DNA from: Acaryochloris thomasi RCC1774
GTDB taxonomy: Bacteria; Cyanobacteriota; Cyanobacteriia; Thermosynechococcales; Thermosynechococcaceae
Direction: 5' to 3'
Length of the DNA stretch: 32,000 nucleotides
Assembly: GCF_003231495.1 (NCBI RefSeq)
Contig: NZ_PQWO01000009.1
Location: 150,001-182,000, forward strand
The translations under genes and the position numbers were made by a program. Below, piece by piece: positions 8,077 through 15,161 of this stretch. Each line of letters begins with the position of its first letter. The first letter of the stretch is position 1. The notes under the pieces were generated by a model. The model was not told the origin of the DNA. It did no database searches and saw nothing but the letters and a program-made list of their open reading frames with translations.

Positions 8077-10701
8077 GTGCAAAATTGGTTATTTCCTTGT
8101 GGGGCTTTAGGGGTTGCGGCTGTTCTCATCGCCCAGCCAGCTCAGGCGCAGACGGTTTCCATTAGTGCCGTTGAGCTACTGCAGACCGAAACAGGTCTCA
8201 GTATTGTGCTGACGGTGCCAGATGGAGAAAATCTTGAGGTTTCTACATCTAGTACTGAATCAACTTTCACGGCTGATATCAGCAACGCTCAGTTGAATCT
8301 TCCAGGTGGAGAAATCTTTGAGCAGGCAAACCCAGCACCCGGCATTCGCGCAGTTTCTGTGATCCCCCTAGATGTCAGTCGCGTTCGCGTCACGGTTGTC
8401 GGTGAGACCGACGGTTTGACCAGTGTGGTGCAGCAAGAGGCGCAGCAATTGGTCTTCCAGGTTGAGGCCCCCACTGTCTTAGAGACTCCTGCAACGGAAA
8501 CGCCTGATGATGTCCCCGTAACTGAAGACTCCCCAGAAGAACCGGGGACCGAGGAACCCAGTGCTGACGTCCCGTTCGAAGAGGATGATGATCTCGAGAT
8601 TATCGTCACAGCGACCCGCACCGAAGAAGAAACGGAAGACGTGCCTCGATCCGTCACTGTCGTCAAACGCGAAGACATTGAGCGAGAAGGTCTTGCAGGG
8701 GGCGATCTCACTAGCACACTCGGTAAGCTAGTTCCTGGCTTAGGACCGCCGACTAGCGATGGTCGGACTCGAGTCTTTGATTTGCGGGGTCGTCCCGCTC
8801 AGATTTTAATTGATGGTATTCCTCAGACGGGTAATGCCTCCTTCGGGACAGAGCTATCGGCCATCGATCCCTCATCGATTGAGCGTGTTGAGGTCGTTCG
8901 TGGACCCACCGCTATCTTCGGAGATGGCGCAACAGGGGGTGTGATCAACATCATCACCCGCACACCCACCGAAGAGGGCCAGCAAGTGCGTCTGGGTCTC
9001 ACCCTTCGACCCGACTTTGATAATCTCTCAGAGGGTGGCGTGGGTTTCAAAGTCGATACTGGCATCACGGGCAAGGAAGGAAAGTTTGATTTTCTTTTAA
9101 ATGCGGCCTTTGATGTCAATGACCCCTCATTCGATGCCGAGGGCGATCGAATTCCTCCCACAGATGGTTTGAATAATGACAATCGCGCCATCAACGTTTT
9201 AGCGAAGGCTGGTTTCGATATTTCTGAAAACCAGCGGGTTCAGTTTACCTATAGCTTTTTCAATAATGTCTTCGCGACTGACTTTACTGCTGATACAGCC
9301 AGCATCATCCCTCCAGGCAATCAAGAAGTAGATGCCCTAGAGGTTGGTGAGATTCGATTTGGTGATAACGAGCCTTCTCAAACGGTGCAAAATTTCAACA
9401 TCACCTACCGCCACCAAGACGTTTTTGATTCCGAAGTCAATGTGCAGGCTTTCTTGAGAACGACGGACCTGACCCAGAATATAACTGATATTCGGCAGAA
9501 TCCGGCTCTGGCCCCCTTGTTATTCAACCCCTTTTTGCCCCTTGTGTCTCAGACACAGCTAGACGCTTTAGAGCTTGGGGGACGTCTGCAGGTGGATACA
9601 CCTATCACAGAGCGGTTGAGCCTTTTGTGGGGCGCTGATGTTTCCTATGAAGAGAATGAGCAGCTCTTTCTCGACATTGATCCAGACGCCTTTGATAATG
9701 ACCAAGAAGCCAATGTCTTTCGAGAATTCAATCAGTCTCCGCTGTACAGACTGCGAAATGCGGGTACTTTTGCTCAACTCCAGTGGAACGCAACCGACAA
9801 GCTTGCATTCAGTGGTGGCGCTCGGTATGAGAATATTCGTCTTTCCGTTGATGACTATACAGTCAGTCCCTTTGCAGGGGGGTTCTTTGGCTTCTTCCCC
9901 CCGGCTCAAGTAGAAGGGGGATCGGTAACGGTAGATGATTTTGTGTTTAATGCCGGTATTGTCTACAAAGCCACCGATCAGATTAGTCTGTACGGTAATT
10001 TTGCCCAGGGTTTCTCCATACCGAGTGTCGGAATTGCTTTAGGTCTGGTTGCGGAGGGCAGCACCCTGGAGGACAACGCTCAGCTAGAACCCCAGAAAGT
10101 CAACAACTACGAATTGGGCGTACGCGGTAACTTTGACGATTTAACGCTCAGCCTTGCGGGTTTCTTAAGTACATCTTCCCTCGGCTCAACAATCCAGGTG
10201 GATCAGACCGGTATTACAAGTCAGGTAAGAGCGCCTCAGCGTAATTATGGGGTTGAGTTTACGGCTGATTGGCAGCCGGTCGATCGCTGGCGATTGGGTA
10301 CCATTCTTTCCTGGAATGAAGGTGAAAACAACCCTGAAGATGATGGTGATGACAGCTTTGTTCCTCTCAGTTCCATTGATATTCAGCCCTTCAAGGCAAC
10401 AGTATATGTCGAAAATGAAACACTACCGGGTTGGCGTACTCGTCTCCAGGCTGTGTTTGTTGGAGGACGAGATCGCGCCTTTGATGCGGGTGTTGATCAG
10501 TTTCAAGTGACTGGCTATACCGTCGTTGACCTCTTTAGCACGGTCAAGCTTGGCCCCGGCAAACTTCAGTTCGGAATTAAGAACCTATTAGATAACCAGT
10601 TTTTGCCGGTTAGCTCTCAAGAGCGAACCGGCATTCAAGAAATCCGTCGCTTCCCTGGCGAAGGTCGAACCTACAGTATTCGCTATAGCTTTGAGTTTTA
10701 G
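8077..10701 (+). CDS. TonB-dependent outer-membrane receptor (ferric-siderophore type) with an AMIN-like N-terminal extension
   Basis: 874 aa. The signal peptide ends in AQPAQA. It is followed by an AMIN-like domain and an acidic Pro/Glu linker. A TonB-box-like DLEIIVTATR is present, as is the plug motif RVEVVRGPTAIFGDGATGGVINIIT. A long barrel ends in YSIRYSFEF (aromatic terminus). GAGGAG lies 5 nt upstream of the GTG start. Confidence 0.9.
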   Translation: MQNWLFPCGALGVAAVLIAQPAQAQTVSISAVELLQTETGLSIVLTVPDGENLEVSTSSTESTFTADISNAQLNLPGGEIFEQANPAPGIRAVSVIPLDVSRVRVTVVGETDGLTSVVQQEAQQLVFQVEAPTVLETPATETPDDVPVTEDSPEEPGTEEPSADVPFEEDDDLEIIVTATRTEEETEDVPRSVTVVKREDIEREGLAGGDLTSTLGKLVPGLGPPTSDGRTRVFDLRGRPAQILIDGIPQTGNASFGTELSAIDPSSIERVEVVRGPTAIFGDGATGGVINIITRTPTEEGQQVRLGLTLRPDFDNLSEGGVGFKVDTGITGKEGKFDFLLNAAFDVNDPSFDAEGDRIPPTDGLNNDNRAINVLAKAGFDISENQRVQFTYSFFNNVFATDFTADTASIIPPGNQEVDALEVGEIRFGDNEPSQTVQNFNITYRHQDVFDSEVNVQAFLRTTDLTQNITDIRQNPALAPLLFNPFLPLVSQTQLDALELGGRLQVDTPITERLSLLWGADVSYEENEQLFLDIDPDAFDNDQEANVFREFNQSPLYRLRNAGTFAQLQWNATDKLAFSGGARYENIRLSVDDYTVSPFAGGFFGFFPPAQVEGGSVTVDDFVFNAGIVYKATDQISLYGNFAQGFSIPSVGIALGLVAEGSTLEDNAQLEPQKVNNYELGVRGNFDDLTLSLAGFLSTSSLGSTIQVDQTGITSQVRAPQRNYGVEFTADWQPVDRWRLGTILSWNEGENNPEDDGDDSFVPLSSIDIQPFKATVYVENETLPGWRTRLQAVFVGGRDRAFDAGVDQFQVTGYTVVDLFSTVKLGPGKLQFGIKNLLDNQFLPVSSQERTGIQEIRRFPGEGRTYSIRYSFEF

Positions 10702-10704
10702 TCA

Positions 10705-11706
10705 ATGAATACCTATAACGCCCTGAGTTCAAATGCCGTAAATCTTTATAGACATCTAATTTGGTTCGTTGTGGGTCTACTCTTATTTATTCTGCTTTCA
10801 AGCTGCACAAAAGATCCCCTGCCAGATCTAGCGGCTCAGCGTTCCCCACTGCCTCAAAACAGTTCTCGTACCATTGAGCATGCAATGGGAACGAGCCAAG
10901 TTCCCCAAAAGCCCCAGCGTGTCGTGGTAGTAGATACGGCTGCTCTAGATGCATCTCTAGCACTAGACGTAAAGCCTGTGGGATCAGTAATTTATGAGCA
11001 ATTCCCTAATTATTTAGGGTCGCAGACCGAGGGGATTGAGTCTGTAGGAGACGGAAATCAACCTAACCTAGAAACAATCCTCCGCTTAAACCCCGACTTG
11101 ATCTTAGGGAGCAAGGTTGGCTCTAAGCGACTTTACAAGAATCTGAATCGAATTGCCCCGACTGTTTTTTCTGAGGGCAGTGGTAGAGCAGGCGATTGGC
11201 AAGAGAACTTCATCCTTTTTGCCCAGGCTTTAAATAAAGAACAGCAAGGTTGGCAACTTCTACAGGACTATAAAGATAAAGCTGCAGCTCTCAATACCCA
11301 ATCAAAAGATGTCAGTGAGACGGTCGTTTCTATTGTTGCAACGGCCCAAGGGAAAGTGGGCGTTTTCAGCGTCAAAAGCTTTGCCGGCTCCATCCTGCAA
11401 GATATAGGGGTTGATCGACCAAAAGCGCAGCAGAAACCCAAAAGACATGCAGCTTTTGTTTCTCGAGAGGATTTAGAGAGTCTTGATGGCGATATCATTT
11501 TTCTCGTCCGAGACCAGCGCTCTGATACCAGCTTAGATCGGCAAGCCTTTGTCAGTGATCCTATCTGGGCAAAGCTGAAGGCTGTGAAACGCGATCGCAT
11601 CTATGAAGTCAGCAATCAGGTTTGGTCTGCGGGTAGAAATATCCTCGCCGCCCAAGAGATCCTAAAGGATCTTGAGACAGCTCTTTCTGCTGAGAATCAG
11701 TCCTGA
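10705..11706 (+). CDS. Periplasmic iron-siderophore (FhuD/FecB-type, Peripla_BP_2) substrate-binding lipoprotein
   Basis: 333 aa with a lipobox (LLSSC). PQRVVVVDTAALDASLALDVKPVG and LNPDLILG are patterns typical of class III binding proteins. The gene starts 3 nt after the receptor stop. Confidence 0.85.
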   Translation: MNTYNALSSNAVNLYRHLIWFVVGLLLFILLSSCTKDPLPDLAAQRSPLPQNSSRTIEHAMGTSQVPQKPQRVVVVDTAALDASLALDVKPVGSVIYEQFPNYLGSQTEGIESVGDGNQPNLETILRLNPDLILGSKVGSKRLYKNLNRIAPTVFSEGSGRAGDWQENFILFAQALNKEQQGWQLLQDYKDKAAALNTQSKDVSETVVSIVATAQGKVGVFSVKSFAGSILQDIGVDRPKAQQKPKRHAAFVSREDLESLDGDIIFLVRDQRSDTSLDRQAFVSDPIWAKLKAVKRDRIYEVSNQVWSAGRNILAAQEILKDLETALSAENQS

Positions 11707-11708
11707 AG

Positions 11709-13019
11709 ATGTCGGCAGTTCCTGGCGTTAAAGTCTACGGTACGCTTTGGGCCGGTCAATGTGCTTCCCTGCTTGGCTCTAACATGACGAACTTTGCCGT
11801 CACGCTCTGGGCCTGGGAGCAGACAGGGCAGGCCACACCACTATCTTTACTATTTTTCTTTGCCCAAGTCGCCAAAATTGCAGCGGCCACTTTCTCTGGT
11901 GTGCTGGTAGATCGCTATAGCCGCCAGAAATTGATGATCGTGGGCAACGCAATCGCAGGACTATCCTCTATCTGCATTCTTGTGCTGCTGCAGACGCATC
12001 AACTTGCCCTTTGGCATCTCTACTTTTCCTGCGCTATCAACGGCTTGTTTAGCTATATTCAAAGCCTTGCACTCTCGACCTCGGTGTCGCTGCTATTACC
12101 TGAGCATCACTATGGACGGGCCGGTGCAATGGATTCACTCAAAGGTGCAGGTGCCTTTGTCTTTGCTCCCGCCTTCGCCGGGGCGCTCTACCCATTCATT
12201 GGCTTACTGGGCATTTTAGGGATTGATCTAGCAACCTTCGGTTTTGCGGCTGTTTCCCTATTTGTACTCCATATTCCCCAGCCTTTGCCTATCAGCGGCC
12301 CAGAAACGATTCGCCAAAAGTTAACCTTTGGCTTTCGCTATATTGTTAAGCAACCAGGTCTCAAAGCCATTCTCATATTTTTATTTAGCGCTAACTTTTT
12401 TACGAGCGCCAGTATTGCGATCTTACCCGCCGTGATTTTAGCTCGCAGCGAGAATGATATTGGTCTATTAGCAACGTTCCAGTCAGCATTGGGCTGTGGA
12501 GGTGTCTTCGGGGCATTACTACTGGCAATCTTTGGTGTTTTTACCCCACGTATTCATGGATTATTTTTAGGTGTTGCTTTACCTCAATTAGGCTGGCTCA
12601 TTTTGAGCGTTACGCAAGCTAAAGGGCTGTGGATAGTTGCGGCTTTCTTAAGTGCTTGCTTCATACCGCTCGTTGGCGCATCAAACCAAGCAATCTGGTT
12701 AGCGAAGGTGAAGCCAGCCCTACAAGGTAGGGTTTTTGCAACTCGTTATCTACTAGCTCAAGCATCAACACCTTTGGGCGCAGTAATCTCAGGTCCACTT
12801 GCGGATCGTATTTTTGAGCCTGCAATGCAGAACCAAGGAATTCTAGCAAAGAGTTTTGTTGGGTCTTGGTTAGGAACGGGACAAGGCATGGGACTCACCT
12901 TAGAGCTAATGTGTTTTGCGACCTGCAACTTAGTTATTGGCCTAAGTGGCTATGGAATACGCAGACTTCGATATGCTGAGGTCGTATTGCAAGTTTCTAA
13001 GCCTTCGCTAAGAGAGTGA
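11709..13019 (+). CDS. MFS transporter, EntS/MFS_3-like (putative siderophore exporter)
   Basis: 436 aa. The protein is hydrophobic throughout, with roughly 12 TM segments by eye. The VDRYSRQKLMIVGN loop is typical of the EntS-like MFS_3 family. The ATG lies 2 nt after the binding-protein stop. Confidence 0.85.
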   Translation: MSAVPGVKVYGTLWAGQCASLLGSNMTNFAVTLWAWEQTGQATPLSLLFFFAQVAKIAAATFSGVLVDRYSRQKLMIVGNAIAGLSSICILVLLQTHQLALWHLYFSCAINGLFSYIQSLALSTSVSLLLPEHHYGRAGAMDSLKGAGAFVFAPAFAGALYPFIGLLGILGIDLATFGFAAVSLFVLHIPQPLPISGPETIRQKLTFGFRYIVKQPGLKAILIFLFSANFFTSASIAILPAVILARSENDIGLLATFQSALGCGGVFGALLLAIFGVFTPRIHGLFLGVALPQLGWLILSVTQAKGLWIVAAFLSACFIPLVGASNQAIWLAKVKPALQGRVFATRYLLAQASTPLGAVISGPLADRIFEPAMQNQGILAKSFVGSWLGTGQGMGLTLELMCFATCNLVIGLSGYGIRRLRYAEVVLQVSKPSLRE

Positions 13020-13084
13020 TTAAAACTGCTTGTGTTGTCTCTATGATGAGTTGTGTCTGAAGCGCTTTTCAAAGAGGCACAGAA

Positions 13085-13600
13085 TCAATCTAAGTAACCC
13101 ATTAAGTTTCCACTTGAAAGAGAGCTATTATCTGCAATCGGACGATTTCCCGGCAAAGATGCAGAAGGAGTGAGTGACGAATTTAAACGAACAACAGGGC
13201 GATTGCCAAACATTGCAACAATGTCCAAATCACTTTGAAAAACGGGACGATGTTGAGGTAAATGATCAAAGCTTGTCACCTGCCGGGTTCCGACAAGAAT
13301 AGGGCGACTACTGGGGAGTGTCTCAGACGGAACTAGAGTTGGATTGCCCCCATGAACAGGACGATGATCCGGCAGTTCGGATGGTGAGTACACAACCATC
13401 GCTTCGCCAGAATCCTCTGCAGCAGTCTTGGTCAAACGAGGTTCGCTAAATCCCCACCCTTTCTCAGGAAGCGGTGGAAATGGCTCGCCTTTCACGACAG
13501 TAACTTCGTATCCTTTGTCCCCACCTCTGGGACCGACAACTGGATATAGTCCACTATTCTCAACAATTTCCCCAGGACTAAAAAGTTTTTTACTCATCAC
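13085..13600 (-). CDS. Hypothetical protein: YjzC-like N-terminal domain followed by five degenerate RP[VI]-core repeats
   Basis: 171 aa. The N-terminus GEIVENSGLYPVVGPRGGDKGYEVTVVKGEPFPPLP resembles the YjzC family (from memory). Repeats follow at spacings of about 14-23 aa: LPDHRPV, LPSSRPI, LPQHRPV, FGNRPV, LPGNRPI. Confidence 0.6.
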   Translation of the reverse strand: MMSKKLFSPGEIVENSGLYPVVGPRGGDKGYEVTVVKGEPFPPLPEKGWGFSEPRLTKTAAEDSGEAMVVYSPSELPDHRPVHGGNPTLVPSETLPSSRPILVGTRQVTSFDHLPQHRPVFQSDLDIVAMFGNRPVVRLNSSLTPSASLPGNRPIADNSSLSSGNLMGYLD

Positions 13601-13810
13601 ATTTATCTCTGTAGAGGTAGTTTAACAATAGCTAAACAATTGCCGCATCTCAAACGCAGTCTTTCAGAATGCTAATTTTGAGAGCGATTGAACCTGCTAG
13701 AGCTGACAGGTCTGATCACTGCTGCGTAAATATCCACCCAGAGCCCAACGCAGAAAAGTAGCGTCTAGATTTTGAACTCTGCAGCTAAGTTGACAATCCC
13801 CTTCTGACTC

Positions 13811-13927
13811 CTAATCTTGGTGGTCAAAAATATCTAGCAAGAACAAGGTACCGAAAGTAGAGATCACAAGTGGCGCAAGGACAATCGATAGACGTGGATC
13901 TGAGAACAGTTTGTAAAGGATGTCCAT
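13811..13927 (-). CDS. Possible small membrane protein (38 aa)
   Basis: This ORF falls below the track size cut-off, so I translated it myself: MDILYKLFSDPRLSIVLAPLVISTFGTLFLLDIFDHQD. It has one hydrophobic helix and lies 28 nt downstream of sodX on the same strand. There is no homology evidence. Confidence 0.3.
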   Translation of the reverse strand: MDILYKLFSDPRLSIVLAPLVISTFGTLFLLDIFDHQD

Positions 13928-13955
13928 TTCTTTCTCTTCCTGCAGGATTTTGCAA

Positions 13956-14417
13956 CTATCGAGGCATACGGTAAAACAGACTCGTCACTTTCCCTAAAAT
14001 GTTGTGAGCAGGAACGTTACCGAAAGAGCGGCTATCAGTGCTAGCGTCCAGATTATCGCCGAGGAGAACATAGGTATTAGGGGAGGCGGCGGTCGATAAC
14101 CGACAGACCAATCCAGGAGTCAATAAATCCTGCGAAGAACTCAAAGGTACGCTGACGGTCATCGCAGCCACCCGCTTCACAATTTTCAACCCAGGCCGCT
14201 CCGGATGTTCCGCTACAACTAAATCTCCCACAATAGGGAGACTCGACCGATAAGCGTGGTGGTTAACCAAAACCTCATCTCCTGGATAGAGTGTCGGCAT
14301 CATCGATAGCCCAACCACCCGGAAACGAAAGCGCCGCCGAAACAACCAAAGCCCAAACTCGAAGAGATTGGGCTTCAATACAGCAGCCAAAGGCCGATCT
14401 AGCTGGCCTTGACCCAT
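13956..14417 (-). CDS. sodX: Nickel-SOD maturation protease (S26 signal-peptidase family)
   Basis: 153 aa. S26 motifs are GLSMMPTL (Ser) and LKIVKRV (Lys), plus LLGDNLDASTDSRSFG. The gene lies immediately downstream of sodN and overlaps it by 19 nt. Confidence 0.85.
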   Translation of the reverse strand: MGQGQLDRPLAAVLKPNLFEFGLWLFRRRFRFRVVGLSMMPTLYPGDEVLVNHHAYRSSLPIVGDLVVAEHPERPGLKIVKRVAAMTVSVPLSSSQDLLTPGLVCRLSTAASPNTYVLLGDNLDASTDSRSFGNVPAHNILGKVTSLFYRMPR

Positions 14418-14869
14418 TGGACATCCCGGTCCTTAGTGGCCCAGAAAATGCCGTGAATTTGCTCCACTGCCGCCATCAGTTCAGTCGCATGCTCAACACT
14501 AACTTCTACCTTGCAGGCAGAACAGAGCTTCGCAGCTTTCCAGAAAATATCATGCAGATCAGGATACTTCTCTAAATGAACAGGCTTGAAGTAGTCTGTC
14601 CAAAGAATGAGAATGTCTTCTTTGGTCTTTTGGGCCTGCTCTTCCTTAATTGCGATGTAGCGAGACAGCGTATTGTTGTAAGCCACCATCGACGCTGCAT
14701 CTTGTCCAGCAGGCTGCAGGTCTACAATCTTTTTCGTCATCGAAAGTACAGCCTCAGCCGTAATGCGGGCTGCAGCCGGATCGTAGACACCACAGGGGCC
14801 ATCACAGTGGGCGTGAACCTCTGGAGCCGGGAAGCAAGCTTGAATTTTGGCTGTAATTGCGTTGAGCAT
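14399..14869 (-). CDS. sodN: Nickel-containing superoxide dismutase precursor
   Basis: The Ni-hook motif HCDGPCGVYDP follows a short leader (MLNAITAKIQACFPAPEVHA | HCDGPCG...). A start at ATG 14869 gives 156 aa, the usual SodN size. The track ORF extends upstream to 14959. Confidence 0.93.
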   Translation of the reverse strand: MLNAITAKIQACFPAPEVHAHCDGPCGVYDPAAARITAEAVLSMTKKIVDLQPAGQDAASMVAYNNTLSRYIAIKEEQAQKTKEDILILWTDYFKPVHLEKYPDLHDIFWKAAKLCSACKVEVSVEHATELMAAVEQIHGIFWATKDRDVQWVKAS

Positions 14870-15083
14870 AGCGTATCGTTCCTCGAATGGATCAATTTGG
14901 GGTATACCCGCATGGTATCTGTCTTTAGCGATCATGGAACAAATTTGACCCGCAATCAAGAAACTTAAGAATCAGTTTGAACTCTGCTATGCCTAGCTTC
15001 TGGCACAAACACGTCGAGGGCTCTTGCATAAGTCTGCGGTCCCAGGGCGATAGATCTAGTAAATCAACGTAATCAAAAGATTT

Positions 15084-15112
15084 TTGGCGTATTCCTCTGA
15101 AAAATACGCCAA
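15084..15112. promoter_or_regulatory. Perfect 10-bp inverted repeat (operator or 5'-UTR hairpin) between sodN and the haloperoxidase gene
   Basis: TTGGCGTATT (15084-15093) and AATACGCCAA (15103-15112) are separated by a 9-nt spacer. The repeat ends 50 nt upstream of the start codon at 15162. Confidence 0.4.
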
Positions 15113-15161
15113 CCTTCAGGTTGCGAAGAATCTAGTCTAATTAAAACGGGAGCAATCAACC

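Noticed and set aside
8289-10510. Track ORFs 8289..8717 (-), 8823..9194 (-), 9568..9909 (-), 9638..9913 (+) and 10247..10510 (+)
   Set aside because: All are embedded in the 874-aa receptor ORF and have no motifs of their own.
11268-12849. Track ORFs 11268..11600 (-), 11980..12219 (+) and 12661..12849 (-)
   Set aside because: They are shadow ORFs inside the binding-protein and MFS genes.
14291-14968. Plus-strand ORFs 14291..14575 and 14576..14968, and the 30-codon upstream extension of sodN to 14959
   Set aside because: The plus-strand ORFs are antisense to the unambiguous sodX and sodN genes. The sodN extension would give an atypically long leader, whereas ATG 14869 yields the normal precursor of about 156 aa.
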